Translations under genes and position numbers: made by a program
In this document: positions 32,483-42,549 of the stretch, piece after piece
How positions within the stretch are numbered: position 1 is the stretch's first letter
How the letters are laid out: every line of letters starts with the position of its first letter
Notes under the pieces: generated by a model
What the model was told of the DNA's origin: nothing
The model's database searches: none
What the model saw: the letters and a program-made list of their open reading frames with translations, nothing else
Assembly: GCA_043803405.1 (NCBI GenBank)
Contig: JAZDKB010000004.1
Coordinates: 32,001-96,000 of the forward strand
Source of the DNA: Spirochaetota bacterium
Lineage (GTDB): Bacteria; Spirochaetota; UBA4802; JAFGDQ01
Length of the DNA stretch: 64,000 nucleotides
Direction: 5' to 3'

Positions 32483-32583
32483 ATTATCTTTCCGCAAATA
32501 TTTTTTAATAATTAAAAAAGCACTTGAATGATTTATAGATTGTTCATAACTGATATTCAGAAAAATAAAAAATAAATAATTTT

Positions 32584-33426
32584 ATGGAAAAGAAAATAGA
32601 TCTTCATGTTCACACCAAGGCTTCGGACGGGATTTTGACGCCGAAGGAAATGATAGATTATGCTGTGAAGAACGGAATTTCTTCGCTCGCAATTACAGAC
32701 CACGATACAGTTGCAGGTTTGCCCGAGGCCATGGATTACGCAAAAGAAACCGGTTTTGATCTGGTTTCGGGAGTGGAATTCGGACTTGACTATAAAGCCG
32801 GATCCTTTCATTTGCTTGGCCTGTTTGTCGACTTCTGCAATCCCGATCTTATTGCGGCGACCGAAAGATTAAAAGAGTCGAGAATGATCAGACTTGTTAA
32901 AATGGTGGAAATCCTGACATGTGAAGGATATAGTATTTCTCTTGAAGAGGTGGAAGAGGAAGCAATGGGTGCTGCAGTCGGAAAGCCGCATATAGCAAGG
33001 ATCATGATAAAGAAGGGTTATGCTGAAGATATGAATTGCGTTTTTAAGAATTTTATGATAAAAGGCAAGCCCGGGTATGTCAAAAGAGACAGAATAAGCC
33101 TTGAGGAAGCTGTGTCTGTAATTAAAAAATCGGGCGGGATTGCGATCATTGCGCACCCGGTCTCTTTAAATTTAAAATTGAACAATTTTGAAAAGAAGCT
33201 GGATGAGTTTATACAATGCGGGGTAGATGGCCTGGAAGTCTATTCTTCAATGCATAGCATGGAAGATGTCTCCGGTTTTTTACACATTGCAAATAATAAA
33301 AATATAATGATTACCGGCGGCAGCGATTATCATGGAGACAGCAGCAAAGAAATAGGGGTTTACACTGATGGTAATTTTATTCCCGGACATTTGCTTGACG
33401 AAATACGAAAGCGCAGAAATAAATAA
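32584..33426 (+). CDS. PHP domain phosphoesterase (TrpH/YciV-like)
   Basis: DLHVHT.ASDG, AITDHD, AHP, GGSDYHG. Confidence 0.92.
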   Translation: MEKKIDLHVHTKASDGILTPKEMIDYAVKNGISSLAITDHDTVAGLPEAMDYAKETGFDLVSGVEFGLDYKAGSFHLLGLFVDFCNPDLIAATERLKESRMIRLVKMVEILTCEGYSISLEEVEEEAMGAAVGKPHIARIMIKKGYAEDMNCVFKNFMIKGKPGYVKRDRISLEEAVSVIKKSGGIAIIAHPVSLNLKLNNFEKKLDEFIQCGVDGLEVYSSMHSMEDVSGFLHIANNKNIMITGGSDYHGDSSKEIGVYTDGNFIPGHLLDEIRKRRNK

Positions 33427-33429
33427 TTA

Positions 33430-34518
33430 ATGAAAACACTGGATAAATATTTAGTATCTCAGTTTTTAAAAGTTTTATGCGGTTCCCTGGTATTCTTCCT
33501 GGGCATATATATAATTACAATTTATCTTGATAACCTGAAATATTTTACTCACCCGAACGTTCCTTTTAGCCTGGTAATAACTTATATCCTGAACGTAATG
33601 CCGGAAATACTTATACAGGTGCTTCCGGCTTCTGCCCTGTTTTCAACATCTTACATATTCGGCAGCATGAATTCCAGCAATGAAATAATAGCAGTCTATA
33701 ACGGACGAATAGGGTTTTCGAGACTTATCCTTCCATTAATAATTATAGGTATAATACTGGCCATATTATCGTTTCTGTTCTTTGAATTCGTATCTGCCGA
33801 GAGCAGCAACCGGGCTGTTGAAATAAAACAGAATATTAAAAAACTTACAGGGAAAAGCCTGGGGTATATGTTCAGTAATTCCAAGTGTTATTTAAAGGGG
33901 AACGACGGCACAATTTATTATGTAGAATATTTTGATTCCAATAGCGGGCTGATGCACGGGCCTGTGATTTTTAAATTCGACAGAGATGGCAACCTCTTTT
34001 TTCAATTGAACGCCAGGAGTGGCATTTACGATGAAAAAGAAAAAGTCTGGAATTTCAAAGATGTAATTATAAGTCATTATGACGGAAATGATAAATACAG
34101 GGATGAGCAAAAGAAAGCTTATTCAATGAAGCTGACTGAATCTCCAGCAAGTTTTATGAAGACGCCTGTCACTTTAATGCAGATGCGCCTGAAAGATGCA
34201 TTGGAATTTATCGAGAGCAAACGCAAAAGCGGAGCCGAATACAAGAATTTCCTTGTTGAATTTCACTGGAGATTTGCTTTCCCTTTCTCGGCTGTTATTA
34301 CAATTTTAATAGGGAGCGTAGCCGGGATATATTTTAGAAAAGCTGTGCTTGTTATGTCGATTTTTCTGGCAATAGTTTTATCTTTCGGATATTACGGAAT
34401 GCTTGCACTCGGAATTGCTTACGGAAAGGCCGGGAAAATTGATCCTATAATGGCCGCGTGGATCGCGAATGTTGTCTATTTGACCGGAGGGATCGCTGCG
34501 CTAAAGCTGAAGAAATAA
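33430..34518 (+). CDS. lptG: LPS export ABC transporter permease LptF/LptG family
   Basis: 3 TM + periplasmic domain + 3 TM; NEIIA, HWRFAFP, AAWIAN. Confidence 0.8.
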   Translation: MKTLDKYLVSQFLKVLCGSLVFFLGIYIITIYLDNLKYFTHPNVPFSLVITYILNVMPEILIQVLPASALFSTSYIFGSMNSSNEIIAVYNGRIGFSRLILPLIIIGIILAILSFLFFEFVSAESSNRAVEIKQNIKKLTGKSLGYMFSNSKCYLKGNDGTIYYVEYFDSNSGLMHGPVIFKFDRDGNLFFQLNARSGIYDEKEKVWNFKDVIISHYDGNDKYRDEQKKAYSMKLTESPASFMKTPVTLMQMRLKDALEFIESKRKSGAEYKNFLVEFHWRFAFPFSAVITILIGSVAGIYFRKAVLVMSIFLAIVLSFGYYGMLALGIAYGKAGKIDPIMAAWIANVVYLTGGIAALKLKK

Positions 34519-34613
34519 AGGATTTCGGCTGCTGGTGTAAATGTTTACAAGTCGTCTCAAAATTTAATGTCAGCTATTACTGTAAAATTTTTTTTGATTA
34601 CCTTTAATAGTTC

Positions 34614-34795
34614 GTCACAATTGAAATTGTGGGTAGAGAATTGAAATACGTTACAAAATTTTTGAGGACGCTTTTCGCACCCTGAAGCAAAAACCTTAAT
34701 AAACTGAAAAACAATATAAAAGGGTGCGATTCCGCAGAAAATTTTGTAATGTATTTCAATTCCTGACATTGTCAGCTCACTGAATCAATTGTGAT
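34614..34795. repeat. Long imperfect inverted-repeat element
   Basis: Arms 34638-34683 and 34721-34762 (gaattgaaatacgttacaaaatttt..tcgcaccct / agggtgcga..aaaattttgtaatgtatttcaattc) plus outer tcacaattga/tcaattgtga. Confidence 0.7.
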
Positions 34796-34822
34796 GGCGC
34801 ACTAATATCTGGACTTTAAAAA

Positions 34823-35884
34823 ATGAATTTTTCTCTAATATTAAAATATTCAAGGCTGCTTCTGCTCCCGTTCATTCCGCTATATCTTCTTGCATTTTAT
34901 TTAATAAGATATTTTTCGAAACAGGAAAGATTTTCTGTGCCGGTTATATGTGTGGGAAACATTACAACAGGTGGCACGGGGAAAACCCCGGCAGTAATTT
35001 GCATTGCCCGGATTTTAAAGGAAATGGGATTTTCACCAGGCATAGCGAGCAGAGGTTATCGCGGCTCCAAATCTAAGGAAGGCGCAATTGTTTCAGACGG
35101 TAAAACAATACTACTTGATCATATTGAAGCGGGAGAGGAAGCATTATTAATTGCAATGTCGTTGAAGAATGTACCTGTTGCAATCTGCAGCAGAAGGACA
35201 GAAGCCGTGCGCGCTTTAATCTGTAAGTTTAACATTAACGTTGTTATCCTTGACGACGGGTTCCAGAATAATTCTCTTTATAAAGATATAAATATAGTAA
35301 TTATTGATGCGCTGAACCCTTTTGCAAAAGGATTGCTCTTGCCGGCAGGCAATCTGAGAGAGCCGTTATCTTCACTTAAGCGTTCGGATGCTGTCTTCAT
35401 TAATAAGATCGATCTTGTTGCGGAAAGTATAGCGAACGAAATTGTAATGAGAACGAAAAAACAAGCCGGGGGCAGTAAAATATTTTTTTCCGGATACGGT
35501 AACAGTATCTTGCTTAAAATGAATAATTTAAAGAGCGAAGTATCTGTTCAGAAAATTAAGAATAAAAAGATATTGCTTGTTTCCGGAATAGGCAATCCGG
35601 AATCTTTTGCGCGGACTATTGCTGAATACTGTCCCGCGGATATTGCGCATTTATCGTACCCTGATCATCATTCTTATTCTCAGCAAGACATGGGAATTAT
35701 TAGTCGCAAATCGCAGGGATATGATCTTGTAATAACAACTGAGAAGGATTATATCAAGATGCGCTGCTTTCAGGTTCCGGATAAGTTTTATTTTATGAGG
35801 ATTTCTTTTGTAATAAGAGAACCTGATCCATTTAAAAAATGGATTGAATCTTATTTGCGAAATATAAATAATAGAAAGAGCTAA
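34823..35884 (+). CDS. lpxK: Tetraacyldisaccharide 4'-kinase
   Basis: VGNITTGGTGKTP, SRGY, LDDGFQ, LPAG.LRE, DHH, TTEKD. Confidence 0.95.
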   Translation: MNFSLILKYSRLLLLPFIPLYLLAFYLIRYFSKQERFSVPVICVGNITTGGTGKTPAVICIARILKEMGFSPGIASRGYRGSKSKEGAIVSDGKTILLDHIEAGEEALLIAMSLKNVPVAICSRRTEAVRALICKFNINVVILDDGFQNNSLYKDINIVIIDALNPFAKGLLLPAGNLREPLSSLKRSDAVFINKIDLVAESIANEIVMRTKKQAGGSKIFFSGYGNSILLKMNNLKSEVSVQKIKNKKILLVSGIGNPESFARTIAEYCPADIAHLSYPDHHSYSQQDMGIISRKSQGYDLVITTEKDYIKMRCFQVPDKFYFMRISFVIREPDPFKKWIESYLRNINNRKS

Positions 35885-35959
35885 ATGGATGTGTTTAAAA
35901 AGATTAGTTAACTTACTCAACTTGACTGACTTTTTTTGTAGTATAATAGTCGATTAAGG

Positions 35960-36073
35960 GATAAATGTCACAATAATCAGAAATTTTAAGGCGGCAGGAT
36001 GCCGCCGCGAGCCGCTTCTTACAGGAAGTATGCATTAGCGGCGAGAAAATTGATGATTATTGTGACATTTATC
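35960..36073. repeat. MITE-like element with perfect 20-bp terminal inverted repeats
   Basis: gataaatgtcacaataatca ... tgattattgtgacatttatc; internal GC hairpin gcggcaggatgccgc. Confidence 0.75.
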
Positions 36074-36128
36074 AAGTATCCGTATTAAACGCATAAAAAA
36101 ATAGATAAATAATTATGGAGCGATAATT

Positions 36129-36539
36129 ATGCCGAACGATTGTTTATTCTGCAAAATAATAAGAGGGGAGATCCCTTCTGCAAAGGTTTACGAGGATAAG
36201 GAAGTCGTTGCTTTTCTAGATATTTTTCCTTTCACGAAAGGACATACTGTTGTGGTGCCGGTTGAGCATCATGAGACATTCTTCGATTTCCCGGACGACA
36301 AGGTTAAGAATTATTTCTGCACTCTGAAAAAACTTGCCGACAGGATAAGGATTAATCTTAATGCTGACGGGCTGAACATTGTACAGAATAATTTCCGCGC
36401 TGCCGGGCAGATCATCTTTCACATGCATTATCATATAATACCGAGGTGGACGAACGACAACCGTCCGTTTCTTAAGCAGCCCAAGGACCAGGCAACTCCA
36501 GAGTACATGGCTGAGATGCTAAAGCTTATAAAGGGTTAA
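36129..36539 (+). CDS. HIT family hydrolase
   Basis: CLFCKI, GHT, HMHYHII (HxHxH). Confidence 0.93.
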   Translation: MPNDCLFCKIIRGEIPSAKVYEDKEVVAFLDIFPFTKGHTVVVPVEHHETFFDFPDDKVKNYFCTLKKLADRIRINLNADGLNIVQNNFRAAGQIIFHMHYHIIPRWTNDNRPFLKQPKDQATPEYMAEMLKLIKG

Positions 36540-39031
36540 AAGTCAGTGCTTGCCTGTGCGCCCTCTGTGTCACCCGGGCCGTTGCGCCAGTTTTCGGCGC
36601 TTCCGGGCGCGGCTGTATCGATACGTTCCATCGATATTTTTGGGATGTTCGATCCTGCGGCCCACCCGGCCTGCATGTCGATGCAGTCTATTTCGCGTTT
36701 ATTGTAAAGCAGCCTGATTATGGCGCCTGTATTCCCGAGCGCTCCGGTGTATATCAGATCCGCGTTTTTGCCAGGCACTGTTGTGTCGTCGGTTCTCTCC
36801 AGAAGAAAATGCCCGTGAGCCGGAATGATTCCGTAAAGCTCTGTTTGTATGTTTCCGTCTATTGACCAGCCAGCAAGGCTGATGTCCGCGTCCGTATTGT
36901 TGTACAGTTCCAGCCACTCGTCGTTTGCCGAGAGATCTGTCCCTGCCCACGCGATCTCGGATACTGCAACTGTAAGGGCGCTGTGCCCAAGGTCGCCTTC
37001 CAAGTTATGAACTCCGGGTGTGGCAAGATTAAACAGCGCGTAAGAGTATTCATTGCCGATGTTTGCCTGAGTGTCGGTTGTAAACCAGTCAGCCGGATGT
37101 TGCCCGTCACCGGGCGTTTCTTTTCTTGCCATGCTTTTTTTAAGCAAATCGCTGTAGCCTGCGAACCCCGCGCTTCCGTTTCCTGCGCAGTCGATTACGT
37201 TGCCGGCCGCATCTTTAATGACTATCTGCAGGCTCTCGTTCGATATTGAGAGGCCGGATGTGACAATATACTTTTCCGGTTTAAAAGCAGATGCCGAGGG
37301 GTCCCTGTGCATTATCATACAATAACTGTAAGGAGCTATGGAGCATTCTTCAAGGTAAAGCGTTTTGCCGCCTGACCGCGCGCCCTCGATTGTCCATCCG
37401 TTCAGGTTAATTTCTTTTTCCCCTGTGTTTCGCAGCTCGATAAATTCGTCATTGGCGACTGTTTCGTCCCTGGATTTTCTGCTGCCCATCCACATGACTT
37501 CGTTGATTACTGCATCCTGGTATTCGTATTGTTCGTTGCTGCCGGTATTGCTGTTTACGATGTCTGTTCCTTCGTCCCATCTTTTTTGCCACTCGTCTTT
37601 ATAGAGCTTCGCGATTTCTGCTGAATAAAGTATAATGATATTTTCGTCGTTTTCCGCGTTCGCGTTGTAACTCCAGTTGAAGGAGCCGGTTATAACTGCC
37701 TCTTCGTCGATGATCATTGTTTTATGATGCAGCTTGCCGCCATGTCCGTCCGGCTGCTCAAAATAATTACCGTCTATTCTGCAGGGGATGTTCTCCTTAA
37801 CAAGCGATTCTTCCGAAGAGTTCGCGAGCTGAGACTCATCGAATATGCCTTTTATCTCTATCCCGTTTTTGTGTTTATTGATCAGCTGGTTTATGAGATT
37901 AAAATGAGTGAATGAAAATATCATGAAATAAATATTTTTTGCGGAAATATTGACAGTGTCCAGAAGATGGCTCATGGCTGTTCTGCCTTCGATAAGCGCA
38001 GGAGGGAACATGACGTCGATCGCTATGCCGTCAATTACATGACTGCGTTTGTCGCTTACAGGTGAACGGCCGGGGAGCCCGAGCAGGTACTCGAACTGTT
38101 CCCTGTAAGTACCCGCAATGCCTGCATCCTGAATGATAAGCGAATTATTGTTGTTAAGGTTAAAGTCCGTGTATGTGCAGTTCGCAGATCCTGTGAAAAG
38201 ATATTCGCTGCCTGCACTGTCTGTGAATAATGCGAACTTGTTGTGCATTATGCTGTCGTTCAGTAAAATGAAATCGTCGAAGCCGGCCGCTGCGGGAAAC
38301 TCGACGCGCTGTTTCCCTTCGGCAGGGAAATACGTATCGAGTGCCGAGGCAATTCTATAGTAGCCGGCGTAGTAATTTCCGGATCCTGCCGCGATTGTCC
38401 CGTCTCCGTCCAGGTCGCCGGCAAAGCGCACGTGTACTCCTCTTTCTATTGCGCTTTCTATTGCACAAAGCGCGTTCTCGCTGTCCATGCCGTAAAAGCA
38501 CAGGTCGAGGTATCCGCCTGCTGGCTGGCTGTTTATCATTTCCGTAAATGCTTCTTCAAGAGATGTATCCCGATCAGGACCTGAGAAATATACTTCTATG
38601 TTTGATTTAGTGAAGTTTATGTTGAAAGAAAATCCAGGAGTAGCCGGGTCATTGCTTCTGATCATTATTCTTCCAAAGTTATTTTTTTCTTTCGAGAAAA
38701 ATTGTAACGAGAAATTTGTGTTCCCGCCCGGTTTAACAATCCATGAAGGAGCTTTTAATATGCTGAAGCACAGCGAATCCGAATTGACGTTTTCCACTAT
38801 TAAATCGGATGATCCATTGTTCCCGATAGTGAAAACAATCTCCACAGGATTGCCGGAGTATGAGTGTATTCCTATTGTATCTCCGGGTTTTACTGTTGCC
38901 GAATTATACGTGATGCATATATCCGGGCTGCTTGCGTCCTGTGAAAGATCGCTGCAGGAAACAGAAGCGATGATTGAGAGATACATCGTTTTTATTATTG
39001 CTGAGAGAATAATCTTGATTGTTGCGTGCAA
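36536..39031 (-). CDS. Lipoprotein with Ig-like, two PLD (HKD) and two lamin-tail domains
   Basis: MHNK..TGSAN and LHHKTMIID..TGSFN; INEVMW..EFIELRN and SEIAW..EWLELYN lamin-tail motifs; lipobox SVSC; TTG start. Confidence 0.8.
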   Translation of the reverse strand: MHATIKIILSAIIKTMYLSIIASVSCSDLSQDASSPDICITYNSATVKPGDTIGIHSYSGNPVEIVFTIGNNGSSDLIVENVNSDSLCFSILKAPSWIVKPGGNTNFSLQFFSKEKNNFGRIMIRSNDPATPGFSFNINFTKSNIEVYFSGPDRDTSLEEAFTEMINSQPAGGYLDLCFYGMDSENALCAIESAIERGVHVRFAGDLDGDGTIAAGSGNYYAGYYRIASALDTYFPAEGKQRVEFPAAAGFDDFILLNDSIMHNKFALFTDSAGSEYLFTGSANCTYTDFNLNNNNSLIIQDAGIAGTYREQFEYLLGLPGRSPVSDKRSHVIDGIAIDVMFPPALIEGRTAMSHLLDTVNISAKNIYFMIFSFTHFNLINQLINKHKNGIEIKGIFDESQLANSSEESLVKENIPCRIDGNYFEQPDGHGGKLHHKTMIIDEEAVITGSFNWSYNANAENDENIIILYSAEIAKLYKDEWQKRWDEGTDIVNSNTGSNEQYEYQDAVINEVMWMGSRKSRDETVANDEFIELRNTGEKEINLNGWTIEGARSGGKTLYLEECSIAPYSYCMIMHRDPSASAFKPEKYIVTSGLSISNESLQIVIKDAAGNVIDCAGNGSAGFAGYSDLLKKSMARKETPGDGQHPADWFTTDTQANIGNEYSYALFNLATPGVHNLEGDLGHSALTVAVSEIAWAGTDLSANDEWLELYNNTDADISLAGWSIDGNIQTELYGIIPAHGHFLLERTDDTTVPGKNADLIYTGALGNTGAIIRLLYNKREIDCIDMQAGWAAGSNIPKISMERIDTAAPGSAENWRNGPGDTEGAQASTDF

Positions 39032-39047
39032 GTGTTTACATACTCCT

Positions 39048-40457
39048 TTACTCTGCTAAGAATGCAATGCCGAACTGAAGCTGATTAAGCCTTTCCTGAA
39101 AATGTATATTGTAATAATCGTATCCGTAATCGTATTTGCAGAATACAGTAAGGTCTTCTATGTCCGGAAAAAAGTACTTCGGAAGAAAATGCACCTGCGC
39201 CTGGTAATTAAAGTTATCGGATATTTTTGCGCGTTTTCCTTTGATCGCCGGATGTCGGCTGTCTGCTGCTTCCGGAGACTGTATGTATTTTCTCCCTGAT
39301 GTTGCATACGAAACAGAGCCTGATATGCGCAGACAATCTTCAAGAAAAAAAAGTTTTGTTTTTAAAAACACGCGGCTAAGTTCGTATTGTCCTTTAAGCT
39401 CCTCCTCCCTGTTGAACCCGGGATGCCACTGGTAAGATGCTTCAATGCGTATCTTTTTAAATGTAACTGCGCTTGCTGCCGCTTCAATAAAATTAGTAGA
39501 AAAATTACCTGACTCGGTATTTACCCTGCCGTTGCTTGTATAAAAATTTCCGCTCTGGCCGTTTGAATGATGGCTGATCATTAAAGAGAAATACAGAAAA
39601 TTGATTTGCGAAGGCAGCGCATTATTTAAACTGTTCCACCACATATACCATGTTCCCCTAGGCATAAAGCTGGACGTCTTCACCGGCGCGGAATAATCTC
39701 GGAGCATACGCAAAGTTACCCTTGGAGTGAAGTTAATAAAATAATTATAATTGTCCCCGGCTCCTTTTGAGAATACGCGCATTTGCGGATTTATGTCAGC
39801 TTCGAAATGCTGGTTGCATTTTATTTTATCTTCATTGCTGCTGTTGTATTCAAAAGGATAAACCCCTATGTAAGACGGATCCATATTCTGCTCTATTATT
39901 TTTCGCTTTTGATTAAATGATCTTTCGGTTTTGCTTTCTTCTTCAGACATTTCAAAAAGGCCTTTCTCCTTCACTTCCTCTGACTTAAGCTGTTCTATCT
40001 TAACAGTTTGCGCTGAAAATTCCGTATAATAATTATTTGCAGTTTTTTCTTTTTTATCCTTCGCGTCTATATCCGCTCCTTTTGCTATGAGCAGTCTGTT
40101 TATTTTTAAAAGTTTATGCGCTGGAAAATTTCTGATATTATCGGGATTGGAAAAGAGTGATATTACCGCTGTTCTGCCGTCGTTATCGCGTGCATTGACA
40201 TTTGCGCCATTCGAAAGGAGCAGCCTGATTATTGTGTATTTTTTATTAAAAGAATAACCCGGTGTGTTTAAGCTGCATACAATGATGAGTGCTGTTCTGC
40301 CCCCGCTGTCTTTCGCGTCAATATCCGCGCCATTTAACAGCGCCGACCCAATGGCGTCGTAATCGAAATTTTTTGCTGCATTAATAAGATCGTCATCCGG
40401 ATATGCGAAGAGATTTATTGTGATTAATAAAAACATTGCGGCAATAATTTTTCTCAT
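39048..40457 (-). CDS. Ankyrin repeats fused to an outer-membrane phospholipase A1 (OMPLA)-like domain
   Basis: Signal peptide; GADIDAKD.GGRTAL, GANVNARD.DGRTA and GADIDAKD repeats; SHHSNGQ resembles the OMPLA HxSNG site. Confidence 0.7.
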   Translation of the reverse strand: MRKIIAAMFLLITINLFAYPDDDLINAAKNFDYDAIGSALLNGADIDAKDSGGRTALIIVCSLNTPGYSFNKKYTIIRLLLSNGANVNARDNDGRTAVISLFSNPDNIRNFPAHKLLKINRLLIAKGADIDAKDKKEKTANNYYTEFSAQTVKIEQLKSEEVKEKGLFEMSEEESKTERSFNQKRKIIEQNMDPSYIGVYPFEYNSSNEDKIKCNQHFEADINPQMRVFSKGAGDNYNYFINFTPRVTLRMLRDYSAPVKTSSFMPRGTWYMWWNSLNNALPSQINFLYFSLMISHHSNGQSGNFYTSNGRVNTESGNFSTNFIEAAASAVTFKKIRIEASYQWHPGFNREEELKGQYELSRVFLKTKLFFLEDCLRISGSVSYATSGRKYIQSPEAADSRHPAIKGKRAKISDNFNYQAQVHFLPKYFFPDIEDLTVFCKYDYGYDYYNIHFQERLNQLQFGIAFLAE

Positions 40458-40917
40458 GTTTTCTCCTTTTATGCGCCTGTTAAAAAAATTTATTGCGTAA
40501 ATATGATTTTACGGACGTTTAAATAAGACACTATCGACAATAGATGCAGCAATTTTATTTATGACATAATCGCTTTTGGTTTTATAATTTTTTCACTAAA
40601 ATAGTACAATGAATAATATATTAGTCATTAAAGTATATTTTAATTTTATGATACGAAAGGAGAATGCAAGTAAAAAATATATTTTTTTCCTGTAAACCTT
40701 AATAAAAAGCAGGCGTTAATATGAAGCAAAAAAAGGCTGAAAGATTAATGAGAATTGTTTTTCTGCAATGTTTCAGGTATACCTGTTATACAACTGATTT
40801 CGAGTAGCATGTCTGTATTTATAATGGAAAAATTTAACAGTTGATTAAAATAAAAATGAACCGCTTTGAGAATAAATGGGTCTAATTGTTCACTACTAAA
40901 TTACAGGAGATACATAT

Positions 40918-41625
40918 ATGAAATTTATATGCTTCATTTTTCTGCCTTTCTTGTTGCTGCTTATATATACATCCGATAGTAATTCAGAGACTAAAGAAAA
41001 TACGGAAGTTCCAATTGACTGTCCTTTAAAAAATGGTATTGATGCCCATAACATGAAACCTTTTGAGAATGTAAATAAATACATTGATTTCCTGGAAAGA
41101 AAAGACAGAACTGCATGGCAAAAACCTGATCTTGTAATTTCATCTATGGGATTAAAGGGTTCGGAAAGTATTGCAGACATAGGCGCTGGCTCCGGGTACT
41201 TTACTTTTCGTTTTGCTTCGGCGCTGCAAAAAGGCAGAGTAATTGCCATTGATGCTGAACCTGATATGATTCGTCATATACACCATAAATCAATGATGAC
41301 AGGCATTAAAAATATTCAGGTAATACTTGCTTCTTATGATAATCCCAGAGTACCAAAAGATATCGATATAGTTTTTATTTGCGATGTTTTACACCATGTT
41401 AAAAACCGTACAGAATGGCTAATGAAACTAAATACAGAAATGAGAAAAGGGTCAAAACTTGTTCTGATTGAATTTAAAGAAGGCAATTTACCGGAAGGCC
41501 CGCCTAAGAAAATGAAAATTCCGGGTAAAGAAATGTTATCGATAGTAACTGAGGCCGGATTTAAACTAGTTAAACAAAATAATGATTTATTGCCTTATCA
41601 GTACTATTATGAATTTGAAAAATAA
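40918..41625 (+). CDS. Class I SAM-dependent methyltransferase with signal-like N-terminus
   Basis: WQKP, ADIGAGSGYF, DVLHH. Confidence 0.85.
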   Translation: MKFICFIFLPFLLLLIYTSDSNSETKENTEVPIDCPLKNGIDAHNMKPFENVNKYIDFLERKDRTAWQKPDLVISSMGLKGSESIADIGAGSGYFTFRFASALQKGRVIAIDAEPDMIRHIHHKSMMTGIKNIQVILASYDNPRVPKDIDIVFICDVLHHVKNRTEWLMKLNTEMRKGSKLVLIEFKEGNLPEGPPKKMKIPGKEMLSIVTEAGFKLVKQNNDLLPYQYYYEFEK

Positions 41626-41744
41626 AGGATAGATTTTTTGTATTCTAAACGTTCGTCCTTTTGAGAGAGATGGGGACGATAGACGTATATTAAATTTCGC
41701 GTTCATCTATTTCTCTGGTTATAGTTAGCAGTGTGTTGCAGTAT

Positions 41745-42146
41745 TCAGTTACAGCAATCGATCGGCTGATAATATAAATCCTGACTTTCCAGTAATATCA
41801 TTTTTCTCCCGCCATCTTTATATGCGGTTATAACAGTGTTGAATTGAACTGCTGTTATAGTAGTTGGCGAATGGGTAAATGCAATAATAACATCTTCGTT
41901 GAAATTTTTATTTGCATCTAATGTTAACTGATAATCCGAAATTGCCCCATCGCCGTAGGTCTTTACCGTTACTATATCTGCGTCAGTAGAACCGGCAATA
42001 TTCAGATGAACTTCGCCTATGCCTTCACTAGTAATAATAGCATTCCATCCTGAGCTTGTTATCGTTAAATTGATATCCGGATCTTGGGTGTAACATGAAA
42101 AAAGAAAAAGAAATATTGGGAATAGAATCAATTTTATTTGTTTCAT
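41745..42146 (-). CDS. Hypothetical lipoprotein
   Basis: AGGAG RBS before ATG 42146; lipobox FLFSC. Confidence 0.7.
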   Translation of the reverse strand: MKQIKLILFPIFLFLFSCYTQDPDINLTITSSGWNAIITSEGIGEVHLNIAGSTDADIVTVKTYGDGAISDYQLTLDANKNFNEDVIIAFTHSPTTITAVQFNTVITAYKDGGRKMILLESQDLYYQPIDCCN

Positions 42147-42549
42147 AAAATTATCTCCTAATAAAAAAATAATTTTTAATTTCTGTATTATTATTAAAAG
42201 CGCCATTGATTTCAATTAAAAAAAATAAATTTTTCTGTAATATTATAATTATCTAATATAATTGCATTTTAATTAAGATATTAAATCTGCATTCCTTCGG
42301 TAATCGTAATCGGCAAATGCAGCAAGCGATATTGTACATATAAGAGAAGTTTTCGTACAGGAGAACGGGAGAGCTGCAACTGCTATCGCAGCAAGAAGTG
42401 CGGCGTGTTAAAATGCGCGTGCGGGAGCTGAGCACAGGCAAACGAAAACACGCCGACTTACAATTAGCAAAGGCGATCGGGAGGAGAATAGTACTTAGAA
42501 GCAAAAAGCGATCTGAAACAGATGTTAAAAACTTATTTTATAGATTTGC

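Noticed and set aside
41700..41760. Sec readthrough of the TGA ending the lipoprotein (..DCCN-UGA)
   Set aside because: No SECIS-like hairpin after the UGA and no plausible continuation
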